A stretch of 64,000 bases of DNA from a virus, in the IMG/VR virus record IMGVR_UViG_3300020171_000728, positions 1 through 64,000 of that record. One strand, written 5' to 3'. The position numbers and the translations under genes are program-made. The first letter of the stretch is position 1, and every line of letters begins with the position of its first letter. Below are positions 27,101 through 36,565 of the stretch, one piece after another. The notes under the pieces were generated by a model. The model had not been told where the DNA came from. It was given only the letters and a program-made list of their open reading frames with translations, and made no database searches.

Positions 27101-29917
27101 ACTTTGACTAATTGATGGACTAATTGATGGACTTAAACTAGCACTAGGACTAACTGATGGCGAAATACTAGGACTGATTGATTGACTAATACTTGGACTT
27201 AAACTAGGTGACAATGAAGCTGACGGAGATACAGATGGACTTATCGAAGGACTTATCGATTGAGATAAACTTAGTGATAAGCTTGGCGACAATGACTGAC
27301 TAGGACTAACTGACGGAGAGATACTAGGACTTAAACTAGGCGAAATACTTGGAGATATACTTGGCGAAATTGATTGGCTTGGACTTTGCGAAGGACTTAT
27401 TGAGGGACTAATCGAAGGCGATAAACTTGGACTAATACTTGGCGATATACTTTGGCTAGGAGAAACTGACGGTGAAATACTTGGAGATAAACTAGGACTA
27501 ATACTGGGACTTATCGAAGGTGAAAGCGATTGGCTAGGTGAAACAGATGGACTTATAGATAGCGATATAGACGGACTTAGTGAGGGAGATAAACTAGGTG
27601 AAAGTGATTGCGATGGACTCACAGATGGGCTGATACTAGGACTAATAGATGAACTTAAACTTGGACTAATAGATTCTGAAATGGACGGACTAAGTGAAGG
27701 AGAAATACTGGAACTTGGACTTACGGACGGACTTATTGATGGACTAATACTTTGACTAATTGAAGGGCTTAATGATGGACTTAATGAGGCACTAGGAGAA
27801 ACAGATGGACTTATAGAAGGACTTACACTCTCTGAAAGAGATGGTGACAATGAAGGACTTAACGATGGGCTTAGAGAAGGCGATAAACTTTGTGATGGTG
27901 AGACAGACGGAGAGATTGATGGACTTAAACTTTGACTAATACTAGGACTTAGAGACGGACTTAAAGACTGACTTGGGCTTACAGATTGACTTATTGAGGG
28001 ACTTATTGACGGACTTAGGGAAGAAGACAAAGAAGGCGAGAGTGATGGACTCAATGAAGGCGACAATGATACTGAAGGACTAACAGATGGAGAAATAGAG
28101 GGAGATAAACTTTCCGATAAAGATGGACTTAAACTAGGACTTAATGATTGACTTGGACTTACAGATGGACTAATTGAAGGTGAAATACTTTGAGAAATAC
28201 TAGGACTTATACTAGGACTTAAACTTGGCGAGATAGATGGACTTATTGATTGACTTGGCGAAACTGAAGAACTAATACTAGGACTAATACTTTGGCTAAT
28301 ACTAGGCGAAATAGATTGAGAGATACTAGGAGACAGGGACGGAGAAATCGATACACTAGGGCTAACTGATGGACTGATACTTGGGCTTAATGATGGGCTT
28401 AGAGATGGGCTAATAGACGGACTAATAGAAGGGTCTGTATATGTTATTGCAAGATAAGGTATTGCATTAAAAGTACTCTCAAGACTTTCATAATTTCCAT
28501 TGGTTTGTGAATTATTAGTTGAATGAATTTTTATACCATAATTTGTTGAGACACCATCTTTCCAATCTTTGTATAATTGTGTAATATCAACTTCTTTCCA
28601 TCCAGATGAATTCAATGGTGGAAGACTTCCTCTATTAGTCGCATCTTCTGTTGGTAAATTTGTTCTAGTTAATGTAGCACCGGCCCAATCACTAGTAACT
28701 CTACGAACTTGTGCAAGTGGATCACTATTAGATGGTCCATTAACATAAATTCTTAAAACAACACTAGAAACATATACAGAAGCAGGTCCACTAGTAATAT
28801 CAAACTTTAGATAACTATGATACCAATCAGCCCATCCACCAAAGTTATTGATGGGGTCAGTATTATTGGGACCAGGTAAATAAGTAGTTCCATAATAAGT
28901 ATCATCATTTGTTAGAATAATATCAAATCCTGGTGAAGGACTTACAGAAGGCGAAATGCTTGTTGAAGGGCTTAAAGATGAAGACGGTGATACAGAAGGA
29001 CTGATGCTTGGAGAAAGCGAAACAGACGGAGAAACCGAAGGGGAAATAGAAGGGCTAATACTTGGACTTAAACTTGGAGACAAAGACGGTGAAAGTGATA
29101 CACTCGGAGAAACTGAAGGACTAATAGATAAACTTATAGATGGAGAAATACTTAAAGAAATACTTGGTGAGATAGATGGACTGATACTCGGTGAGATAGA
29201 AGCACTTGGACTTACACTTGGGCTAATAGATGGTGAAATAGAAGGACTAATACTTGGAGATACAGATAGTGAAATGCTTGGTGATATAGAGGGCACTATT
29301 CCTGCTTCCCAAGCCAGTCCTCTCATTCCATTAGCACCAAAGTTAAAACTATCAAGGACAGTTGAAGAAAAACCAGAAAATTTCCAAACATATTCACTTC
29401 CTCCCCACCCACCTTGGCTACTCATTAAATTATTATCACCCCAAGCTAAACCAGAACACGCCAGTGATTTTGTAAAACTATCAGTAATAGTAGATGTTAA
29501 TCCTGAATGTTTACGGTGAGAGGATGGATCAGCTCCAGTGACGGAATAAAGATTAGAACCATCATAACAAATACCTCTCGCATTAAAGGCAAAACTATCA
29601 AGAACTGTAGTAGAAAATCCAGAACGCTTCTTTATACCAAGGGTTTCATTTGAAGTCCAAAGATTTCCACTAATCCAAGCAAGTCCTCTTGCATCAACAG
29701 AAGAAATAGAATCAAGAATTGTAGAACTAAATCCTGAATGTTTTGTTATTTTATCTGTAGCAGCTCCACTATTTAAAAGAAATCCAGCAGGATCCCAACC
29801 AAGACCAGACACGTCCGAATCTGGTGCTACAAAACTATCAAGGCAAGTAGTGCTAAACCCAGAGAATTTAAAACATTTATCAACATCAGATGTATTAGCG
29901 TATAAATAATTAGCCAT
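24158..29917 (-). CDS. giant Ser-Pro repeat (mucin-like) protein: N-terminal 5x about 40-aa repeats, SPS[ILVQ] tracts, one globular domain, about 1400 aa of SPS[ILVQ] repeats, C-terminal 4x GHTTLLTRD
   Basis: Uninterrupted 1919-aa ORF. N-terminus has five KxSGFS(S/T)T(I/V)LDSF units. Residues about 330-490 form a non-repetitive beta-rich domain. About 75% of the protein is SPSISPSVSPSQS-type repeats. The final 36 aa are encoded by a 27-bp x4 tandem repeat. Confidence 0.7.
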   Translation of the reverse strand: MANYLYANTSDVDKCFKFSGFSTTCLDSFVAPDSDVSGLGWDPAGFLLNSGAATDKITKHSGFSSTILDSISSVDARGLAWISGNLWTSNETLGIKKRSGFSTTVLDSFAFNARGICYDGSNLYSVTGADPSSHRKHSGLTSTITDSFTKSLACSGLAWGDNNLMSSQGGWGGSEYVWKFSGFSSTVLDSFNFGANGMRGLAWEAGIVPSISPSISLSVSPSISPSISPSISPSVSPSASISPSISPSISPSISLSISPSISLSISPSVSPSVSLSPSLSPSLSPSISPSISPSVSPSVSLSPSISPSVSPSSSLSPSTSISPSVSPSPGFDIILTNDDTYYGTTYLPGPNNTDPINNFGGWADWYHSYLKFDITSGPASVYVSSVVLRIYVNGPSNSDPLAQVRRVTSDWAGATLTRTNLPTEDATNRGSLPPLNSSGWKEVDITQLYKDWKDGVSTNYGIKIHSTNNSQTNGNYESLESTFNAIPYLAITYTDPSISPSISPSLSPSLSPSISPSVSPSVSISPSLSPSISQSISPSISQSISPSISSSVSPSQSISPSISPSLSPSISPSISQSISPSISPSVSPSQSLSPSLSPSLSESLSPSISPSVSPSVSLSPSLSPSLSPSLSSSLSPSISPSISQSVSPSQSLSPSLSPSISQSLSPSISPSVSPSQSLSPSLSPSLSPSLSPSLSESVSPSISPSVSPSASLSPSLSPSISQSISPSISPSVSPSSSISPSLSPSISESISPSLSSSISPSISPSVSPSQSLSPSLSPSLSPSISLSISPSVSPSQSLSPSISPSISPSLSPSISPSVSPSQSISPSISPSLSPSISPSISPSQSPSQSISPSISPSISPSLSPSISPSVSPSQSLSPSLSLSLSQSISPSISPSVSPSASLSPSLSPSISQSISPSISPSVSPSASLSPSISPSISQSISQSISPSVSPSASLSPSISPSISQSLSPSLSQSLSPSLSPSISPSVSPSASLSPSLSPSLSPSISPSLSQSLSQSISPSISPSVSPSQSISPSISPSLSASLSPSISPSVSPSASISPSISPSLSPSLSPSLSPSISQSISPSVSPSQSLSPSLSPSLSQSLSPSISPSVSPSQSISPSISPSISPSISPSISPSVSPSQSISPSLSPSISQSISPSISPSVSPSQSISPSLSPSISPSISPSISTSVSPSTSISPSISQSISPSISPSISPSVSPSQSLSPSLSPSLSPSISPSISQSVSPSASLSPSISPSISLSLSPSLSLSTSPSQSLSPSLSPSLSPSLSQSISSSVSPSVSISPSLSPSLSPSISPSISPSISPSISQSVSPSESLSPSISPSISPSVSPSKSLSPSLSPSLSQSLSPSISPSVSPSESLSPSLSPSLSPSLSPSISPSVSPSESLSPSISPSISSSISPSVSPSVSISPSISPSISPSVSPSVSISPSISPSISLSISPSISPSISPSISPSISPSVSPSVSLSPSVSPSISPSISPSFSPSISPSVSPSVSISPSLSPSVSPSVSPSISPSISPSVSPSVSISPSVSPSLSPSISPSISPSISPSISPSISPSVSPSVSISPSISLSLSPSISPSISPSISPSVSPSVSISPSLSPSISPSISPSLSPSISPSLSPSISPSVSPSVSISPSISPSISPSISLSISPSVSPSISISPSISPSLSPSISPSISPSISPSISPSISPSVSPSVSISPSISPSISSSISPSISPSISPSLSSSISPSVSPSVSISPSISLSISPSISPSLSPSISPSVSPSVSISPSLSPSLSPSLSPSISPSISPSVSPSVSLSPSISPSISPSLSPSISLSISPSISPSVSPSVSLSPSLSPSLSPSLSPSVSPSVSISPSLSPSISPSVSPSVSIGGHTTLLTRDGHTTLLTRDGHTTLLTRDGHTTLLTRQ

Positions 29918-31688
29918 TTTTACTTAAAAGTTTAGCTACATTTAATAGGTCTATCCTTACCCAATGAGAACAAACATATTCCCAATGTGCCCAAACCTTA
30001 AATCTGTTATTTTTTGCTTTTTGACAAAAATAGAAATCTAAACCTAATTCTTGAATTCCATCTTCCGACCATTTTCTTTCAAATGGTGCTTTTACTTTTT
30101 CTAAAACCCTACGAGCTATTAACATACATCCACTTCCAATAGCATCGACCTCTTTTAATCCACCTCTTTTTTCTATTGGAACTTGTTTATATCCATCTTC
30201 TACTCTATCCATAACAACCCAATACATATCATCTTCATGCCATTGAGGACATACACCACCTATTACATCTTTATCTAATTCTACTAAATCCAAAATGTTT
30301 TTTGTAGGGATAATATCGCTATCTATCATTAAGAGATAATCATAATCGGTTTCCAAAAATTCTTTAACTATCAAATTACGATTATTATCTATTGTTTTTC
30401 TTGCTGGTGTTCTTGTTTTAGTTTCATATCTTGGGTCATCTTCTAACATTCTCATATAATAATGCAATGACGGGTGTATATTCCATTCATTAGGTATAGC
30501 TACATAAACTTTTTTCTTATTTTGTAAATTTTGAATCATACCCTTATTGTTATATTTAGTATTCAAATATTCTATATTTTTTTTCGCTATCTGTTCCATA
30601 TTTGGGATAGTTTTAATAGTGGTTCTGTGATGATGGGTTACTATAATAGATGTATTTAAACACAATTTATATCCTTCTTTCTTTATTCTAGTACAATAAT
30701 CATTATCATCTCCCATCCCAATTTCTATATTTTCATCCAATAAACCAATTTTATTTATAACTTCTCTTTTTATTAAACAACAAAAGAAAGCTAAATATTC
30801 TCCTGTCCATTTTTCTTTATAATGACCAAAATACTGTTCTTGATCAATAGCAGATGAAAGAGGTCCAACCGCTCCAACTTCAGTATTTTCAGCACTTTCT
30901 TTTAACATATCCAACCATCCTTCAGAAACTTCAGTATCATTATTCAAAAGAACTACATCATTTTTAGATACTTTTAATCCTTGATTAGTTGCAACAACAA
31001 AACCTTGATTAGTATCACTATCTATTATTATAATTTCTGGAAGTCTGTTTAGTTCTTCAAGATATTTACTAGTTCCATCCGTCGAACCATTGTTAATAAT
31101 GATTAGATTATAATTTTTAGTATTTTTTTGAACACTTTTAATACATTTTTGAGTATATTCAAGCTGGTTAAAAACTGGAATTATTATATCTATTGTTTTA
31201 TTCATAATTTTAGTAGCTTCAATGATAATATCTCTTCCTTCTTTTTCTGTTTCTATTGAATTAATTTCTAATTCTGGAAATCCTTCAAGATATTTTTCAA
31301 TAATTTGTTTATTAAATCCCCACCCATGTTGATTATTTTCATAACCTTGTCCTCCGTAAATAAAACGCAATGCTATATCAAGATTTCCTTTCTTCAATTC
31401 AGACATAGCATAATCTAAATCGGGCAACATTAATACTAATTTTCCTCCTGGTTTCAGAATCCGAATCCATTCTTTTAATACTGGTATTATTTCATTTTTA
31501 TTAAAATGTTCTAATAAATTTGAAGAATAAACTAAATCATAACTTTCATCATCTTTGGGTATTTTTCTAGCATCAGCAATAATGGTAGGATTAACATCTT
31601 TATGAAGGTCTAAATAATCAAATTGATAACCACCAATAACTTTTTTATCTTGACCACAGCCAATATCAATCGCTTTTAAATTACTCAT
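29910..31688 (-). CDS. fusion protein: class I SAM methyltransferase + GT2 glycosyltransferase + C-terminal GT-like domain
   Basis: IDIGCGQDKK (MTase motif I), LKPGGKLVL; then IIIPVFNQ...INNGSTDGT...NNDTEV (GT-A DxD region). Confidence 0.55.
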   Translation of the reverse strand: MSNLKAIDIGCGQDKKVIGGYQFDYLDLHKDVNPTIIADARKIPKDDESYDLVYSSNLLEHFNKNEIIPVLKEWIRILKPGGKLVLMLPDLDYAMSELKKGNLDIALRFIYGGQGYENNQHGWGFNKQIIEKYLEGFPELEINSIETEKEGRDIIIEATKIMNKTIDIIIPVFNQLEYTQKCIKSVQKNTKNYNLIIINNGSTDGTSKYLEELNRLPEIIIIDSDTNQGFVVATNQGLKVSKNDVVLLNNDTEVSEGWLDMLKESAENTEVGAVGPLSSAIDQEQYFGHYKEKWTGEYLAFFCCLIKREVINKIGLLDENIEIGMGDDNDYCTRIKKEGYKLCLNTSIIVTHHHRTTIKTIPNMEQIAKKNIEYLNTKYNNKGMIQNLQNKKKVYVAIPNEWNIHPSLHYYMRMLEDDPRYETKTRTPARKTIDNNRNLIVKEFLETDYDYLLMIDSDIIPTKNILDLVELDKDVIGGVCPQWHEDDMYWVVMDRVEDGYKQVPIEKRGGLKEVDAIGSGCMLIARRVLEKVKAPFERKWSEDGIQELGLDFYFCQKAKNNRFKVWAHWEYVCSHWVRIDLLNVAKLLSKNG

Positions 31689-32152
31689 TTTATTATATCT
31701 TTGGGTAAATATTTTTTAATATCAAAGGGTTTTGTTTTGTTTATACCTATTTCTTCATTATCTGGATCAATTGCATTTTTTTCTTTTTGTGTTAAGACTT
31801 CTCCTTTAATTGCTTTAGCACAAATTTTAATAACTTTTTCTTGGTCGGTAATTTGTTCTACTTGTGGGCTAGAAAATTTCTTACCAAATTCATCGGCCTC
31901 TATTTCATTAATTTCCCAACATTGTCCAGTTGCTATAGCTTTATCAACTAAAGTATTATCATAAACAACAGCTAGTTTAGTGACATAAGTCCCTTTTTCA
32001 TCTTGTCCCTTTTCTGTCTCATCGCTTTCTACAAGCCATTGTGTTTTAGTATCGGTTAAACCAATAGGATAACCTCCACTATAAGAAGTACCACCTTCTG
32101 TTTTTGTATAATAAATTTTTGCTTTAATTATTTTGCTCATTATTCTATCCAC
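31685..32152 (-). CDS. hypothetical protein
   Basis: 155-aa ORF. Confidence 0.3.
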   Translation of the reverse strand: MDRIMSKIIKAKIYYTKTEGGTSYSGGYPIGLTDTKTQWLVESDETEKGQDEKGTYVTKLAVVYDNTLVDKAIATGQCWEINEIEADEFGKKFSSPQVEQITDQEKVIKICAKAIKGEVLTQKEKNAIDPDNEEIGINKTKPFDIKKYLPKDIIK

Positions 32153-32805
32153 TTTTTATAGACAGCATCTACGTCATCTATAAGATGCTCATAGGTACGT
32201 CTATCAAGTGTTTTTTTACTATTTAAACTATATAAATTATATTTTTCAATAGCTTCTTTTAATGATTGGATTGTGTAATGTTTTATTCTTAAATCAGATT
32301 TAATAACTTGTCCAGTTAATCCCTTAATCATTCCTGAATGCCCCGAATATTGTATTGAATCATCCCAATAAATTTTAGATTGATTTCTAAATAACCTAAC
32401 TTGACCATTTTCGGAGAATTGTTTCCAATTTCTATCAATGCGATAATATTTTTTTGAATTAACAAATGGGAATATCCTAAAACAAAAACCAGATACTTTG
32501 TTATTTAATAATTTAATTAACTCCGTTTTAGCTTTTTCTTCAAAAACTTCATCGGCATCCATCCATAAAATCCATTCTGGATTTAATTTTTTAACCATTT
32601 CTAATGCTAATTTTTTATCTTTTCCATCATGTAATCCTTCTGTCTTTTCAATGGTAACATTCTTATATTCTTTTAATATTTCTAATGTCTTATCTGTCGA
32701 ACCATTATCAACAATACAAAAATGATTAACAAAAAGGAGATTGTCTAAACATCTTCTAATATTCTTTTCCTCATTTTTAACTCTTAATTGGCAAACTAGT
32801 TTCAT
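32140..32805 (-). CDS. GT2 family glycosyltransferase
   Basis: QLRVKNEEKNI...VDNGSTDKT and a downstream DAD(E) motif. Confidence 0.5.
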   Translation of the reverse strand: MKLVCQLRVKNEEKNIRRCLDNLLFVNHFCIVDNGSTDKTLEILKEYKNVTIEKTEGLHDGKDKKLALEMVKKLNPEWILWMDADEVFEEKAKTELIKLLNNKVSGFCFRIFPFVNSKKYYRIDRNWKQFSENGQVRLFRNQSKIYWDDSIQYSGHSGMIKGLTGQVIKSDLRIKHYTIQSLKEAIEKYNLYSLNSKKTLDRRTYEHLIDDVDAVYKKWIE

Positions 32806-33116
32806 AATTTTTAATTCTTATATAGCCCATTAAGTACGGAAAAAAGAGAAAGGGGTTCTACAAAACTCTTCTATCCGCAGTAAATAAATTTACTAAAGCG
32901 AATAGACTTTGTCCATTTCATAACTTAATTATTTATATAATAAATTATTAAATAAAAAATCACGTTCAATTTGAAATAAACAGAAGTTTATTTCGCAATT
33001 TATCATAATAATAAACAATAAGAACGTGAATCCGTTTCAAAAAAGTTGTCTACTAATTGCTATTTTGACTTAATTTTATTATACAATCTTAAACTATTGG
33101 GTCAAATATTAAAAAA

Positions 33117-33143
33117 CCCACTAGGATAATAGTGGGCTTTTAT
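33117..33143 (-). terminator. hairpin terminator-like element (CCCACTA-GGATAA-TAGTGGG) with flanking A/T runs
   Basis: 7-bp stem; A6 on one side and CTTTTAT on the other; sits next to a TTGACCC promoter-like element and a GTGCAC palindrome. Confidence 0.4.
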
Positions 33144-33179
33144 GTGCACCAATGTGCATTATATTGAATTTTTGTTGAC

Positions 33180-33707
33180 TTGTCTTTTTGTTTTTGGTAT
33201 ACTTGTGTTATGAACATCAATAATCTTCTTGTCATAAACAATGTCGCTCCTGAATCTATTAATCGAATCTTCCGTAAGATTAGAATTGACCAAAAAACTG
33301 GTTGTTGGAATTGGAATGGTTCTCTTAATAATGGATATGGTGAAATTCGGATTAATAAAAAAATTTATAAAGTTCATCGTTTTATGTATGCTTGGCTTGT
33401 CGCTTCTATTCCAAAAGGTAAGGGAAAAAATATTCCTGTACTTGATCACATTTGTAACAATAGACAATGCTGTAATCCATCTCACCTTAGACTTGTTTCT
33501 GATACCGAAAATATCCTTAGAGGAGATGGAATAACCGCACGAAAAGCACGACAAACTCATTGTAAGAATGGACACTTATTACCTCCTGTTATCAATGGAC
33601 ATAGACGTTGTATGATTTGCCATCGTGCTTGGAATCGTAGAAATTATGCCAAAAATCCTATGAAATTTATACTAAAGGTTAGAGAGAGACGACTCCGACT
33701 CAAGTAA
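33180..33707 (+). CDS. HNH homing endonuclease (NUMOD4/HNH_3-type)
   Basis: CWNWNGS...NGYG...HRFMYAW...DHICNNRQCCNPSHL; a plus-strand gene embedded in the minus-strand glycosyltransferase block. Confidence 0.6.
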   Translation: MSFCFWYTCVMNINNLLVINNVAPESINRIFRKIRIDQKTGCWNWNGSLNNGYGEIRINKKIYKVHRFMYAWLVASIPKGKGKNIPVLDHICNNRQCCNPSHLRLVSDTENILRGDGITARKARQTHCKNGHLLPPVINGHRRCMICHRAWNRRNYAKNPMKFILKVRERRLRLK

Positions 33708-34652
33708 TTTATTTAAATCCTCCTCACTCCATCCAGGAATTGGCCAAAACCTTTTTATAAGCCATGAAAGTGGCTTTTTTTGTTTAGGTAATTTACCTAA
33801 CCAAATTTGTTTTCTTACATTTGCCTTTGTTCTTTGAACATCTCTACCACTTTGAGGATAAGGAAAGCTAAAATTACCGCCTTGCGTCCTAAACATATGG
33901 GCGTACCAAGTTTTATGATTGACCATTACTTTTCCGCCAGATAACCAAGTCTTAACAGCTACTTCGATCCCTTGATTTCCCCAACTACCAAATTCTTCAT
34001 CACAAATATTTAATTCCCAATACTTATCTCTTGTACACACAAAACAAGAACCTTGTAAACTCATTGTTTCTGTAAATCCTGTTTTCTTATCTGTTAAATA
34101 TGGTTCTCTATGTTTATAATCCTCAAAATACTGAAAATGTGGCTCACTATCAAAACTATAAGAGGTGCTATTCACATGTGCTCTTGGTTTCCAAATCATC
34201 TTTCTCCTAATCTTTGTGCTACCACATCTCTCACATTTTTCTGGTGTTGGTCCTTGATACTTTTTCCAATTACAATCTCGGCAATTCCAGCTAAAGGCGT
34301 GAAGGTTTTTCATCACAGGAACCATCGTCCAATCATCTTTCATTTCTTCAATCATCTTTCTATCAAATCCTTTATCAAATGAGCAATGAGCATCACATTT
34401 CATGACAAATTTAGATTCAGAAAGATTAACTCCCAAATTTGTGGCCGCTCGTTGCCCCACCGCCTCAGGAACATAAATTACATTCACTCTCTCATGCTGT
34501 GGAATACCAGGATCAGTCCACGCTCCATCCAATACTGCGATTATTTCTGTATCTGCTTCTATATTTTCTAAAACATCTTGTATAGTGCGAGCCAAGAACA
34601 TTTCCGACCTTGCTGGTATAACGATACTAAGTTCGTGTTTATTTTTATTCAT
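33672..34652 (-). CDS. GT2-like glycosyltransferase with Cys4 insert (paralogue of 38462..39274)
   Basis: LSIVIPARSE...VLDG N-terminal GT-A signature; CRDCNW...CERCGS zinc-ribbon insert; C-terminus shares KTW..GGK.M.N..TW.AH with 38462..39274. Confidence 0.5.
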   Translation of the reverse strand: MNKNKHELSIVIPARSEMFLARTIQDVLENIEADTEIIAVLDGAWTDPGIPQHERVNVIYVPEAVGQRAATNLGVNLSESKFVMKCDAHCSFDKGFDRKMIEEMKDDWTMVPVMKNLHAFSWNCRDCNWKKYQGPTPEKCERCGSTKIRRKMIWKPRAHVNSTSYSFDSEPHFQYFEDYKHREPYLTDKKTGFTETMSLQGSCFVCTRDKYWELNICDEEFGSWGNQGIEVAVKTWLSGGKVMVNHKTWYAHMFRTQGGNFSFPYPQSGRDVQRTKANVRKQIWLGKLPKQKKPLSWLIKRFWPIPGWSEEDLNKLLESESSLSNL

Positions 34653-35241
34653 ATATTTGAAAATATTCTGTCCAATACTCCCTTTCTCTATTTATTTTTA
34701 CATTACACTTAAGACAAAGGGTATTCAAATTATTTTCTTTACAATTACTTTTATCAAAATCTATATGATTTACACATAGTACTCTATTTAATTCTTCTAA
34801 TTCTTCTCTTTCTGTTTTACCGCATAAACAACAAATGAAATTATCTCTTGTCCTAATCTTTAATTTTAGTTCAGAATTAAATTCTTTTGGATATGGATTA
34901 TTAGAAAGACCATCTCGCCAATTTGGATTATTTTTTCCGCTCTTTGCTTTACTCATTTTTTCTCTGACTTCTAGACGATTTACTGCTATTTTTATCGATT
35001 TTTTCTGTTTTGCCTTAGTTATTTTAGATGCTTTTTTACCTAATCTAAATTGTCTTATTTTCTCTCTGACTTCTGGTCTTTTTGATGGATTATCTTCACC
35101 CATACATTTACCCTTGCGATTTCGTCTAATTTTCTCTTTAGCTTTTTTAGATTGTTTTTTACCCAACATCGCTTTATAACCTCTATGACCTTTTATAAAC
35201 CAGCTTTTATTTATTCCATTTTTTGGTATTCCAGTTGGCAT
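34645..35241 (-). CDS. HNH homing endonuclease with NUMOD3 repeats
   Basis: NPSKRPEVREKI and NRLEVREKMSKAKSGKNNPNW (NUMOD3); C-terminal CCLCGK...CVNHID...NL..LC..CN HNH motif. Confidence 0.6.
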   Translation of the reverse strand: MPTGIPKNGINKSWFIKGHRGYKAMLGKKQSKKAKEKIRRNRKGKCMGEDNPSKRPEVREKIRQFRLGKKASKITKAKQKKSIKIAVNRLEVREKMSKAKSGKNNPNWRDGLSNNPYPKEFNSELKLKIRTRDNFICCLCGKTEREELEELNRVLCVNHIDFDKSNCKENNLNTLCLKCNVKINREREYWTEYFQIYE

Positions 35242-35242
35242 G

Positions 35243-35968
35243 TTATTTTATATTAAATAATTTTCGTAAATTCCATCCTGGTATTTCGCTAATATCAACC
35301 TCTCTAAAATTTGTTGGCTTATGCTTAAAACTTTCTAATGTTATCTTCGGAGCTGAAAATGTTCCTCTATGACGAATATCTACATTTGGATATTCTGACT
35401 TTCTTTTTATATGATCTTCATCACTAACTCCTCCATTTCTTCGTTTCTTTGTGCCGGGTTCATAACCAAACTTTCTTGCCCATCTCGGTTCACGACTTCG
35501 TATCTTATCTAATCCCCATTTTTCTATAAGTTCTAATCTATGTTTATAATGTTTAATTGCTAATTCACGATTGCAACATAAACTTGATAGAGAAGTCAAT
35601 TCATCATATGAAATTGCTTTATCATATCCATACCACCATCTCCAGTTATTTACATTATAGTAATAAATATCATCTCTTTCTGGAGTAAAATCAAAATGTG
35701 AAGATCCATATAGCAAATCATGTTCTAAAAAGAAAACATAATCAGCTGTACTAGCTTCAAGTGCCATTAAAATCTGTTCAGCCATTGTTGGATAACTTCT
35801 TAATCTATCTTTTAAAACAATATTTTTGCCAAAATTCATTGGCTTAAGTGTAACAGAAACTATTTTATTTTCATCAAAAACTTTTCTAATTTGTTCTTGA
35901 CAAATATTTAATATTTTTTTATCAAGACGATTATCAGAATAGTATATTGCTCCAATAGTTTTATTCAT
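35243..35968 (-). CDS. hypothetical protein (paralogue of 37576..38214), possibly a nucleotide-sugar transferase
   Basis: Shares IYY(S/T)..R...F...I...SV..KP..FG.NI and a D/E-x-D-C-LY block with 37576..38214. Confidence 0.3.
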   Translation of the reverse strand: MNKTIGAIYYSDNRLDKKILNICQEQIRKVFDENKIVSVTLKPMNFGKNIVLKDRLRSYPTMAEQILMALEASTADYVFFLEHDLLYGSSHFDFTPERDDIYYYNVNNWRWWYGYDKAISYDELTSLSSLCCNRELAIKHYKHRLELIEKWGLDKIRSREPRWARKFGYEPGTKKRRNGGVSDEDHIKRKSEYPNVDIRHRGTFSAPKITLESFKHKPTNFREVDISEIPGWNLRKLFNIK

Positions 35969-35980
35969 AATTTCATATAT

Positions 35981-36565
35981 TTATTCCTTTATCCATAACC
36001 ATGAAAAATATTTATCAGGATCACCGTGTTTTGCTGTTTCTATTCCTCCATATAAATAAAAATTATCTATCTCAAACATTTTAACATAAGCATCAACAAC
36101 AGATTTCACATGACAAACTACATTACTTGAAGTAGGTAGAGTATTAAAATAATCATGTCCAGAAACTACTCCACCAATTCTTACTTTTTTTGACCATTCA
36201 TAAATATCAGAGGCAGTATGTCTAAAATTGTGATCGCCATCTATGTATACGAAATCTAAACTACTATTTTTAAAATCTTCCAGTGCATCCATTGAAGTTT
36301 TTCTAATAATAGAACAATTTTCAAATGGAATTAGAATTTTCTTAGCATCCTCATAATAACTATCTTGAACATATTGGACTTTTTGAGTCCGACCTTGTCC
36401 GGAGAATCCCATCCAAGGGTCTATGGTATATATTTTTAATCCTGCCTTACAGAACTCTTTTGTAAATTCACCTTTGTGAGTTCCTATCTCTACTCCTACT
36501 CTATATCCTATTTCCTTAAATAATATAGGCAGATCATTTCTTGATTTTAATTCTTCAATTTTCAT
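35981..36565 (-). CDS. class I SAM-dependent methyltransferase (TylF/Methyltransf_24-like)
   Basis: GVEIGTHKGEFT...YIDGDHNF...VVSGHDY blocks. Confidence 0.5.
   Translation of the reverse strand: MKIEELKSRNDLPILFKEIGYRVGVEIGTHKGEFTKEFCKAGLKIYTIDPWMGFSGQGRTQKVQYVQDSYYEDAKKILIPFENCSIIRKTSMDALEDFKNSSLDFVYIDGDHNFRHTASDIYEWSKKVRIGGVVSGHDYFNTLPTSSNVVCHVKSVVDAYVKMFEIDNFYLYGGIETAKHGDPDKYFSWLWIKE

Noticed and set aside
33159-33575. 138-aa minus-strand ORF (and 33241..33534 plus-strand)
   Set aside because: They overlap the HNH endonuclease gene 33180..33707, which has clear catalytic motifs
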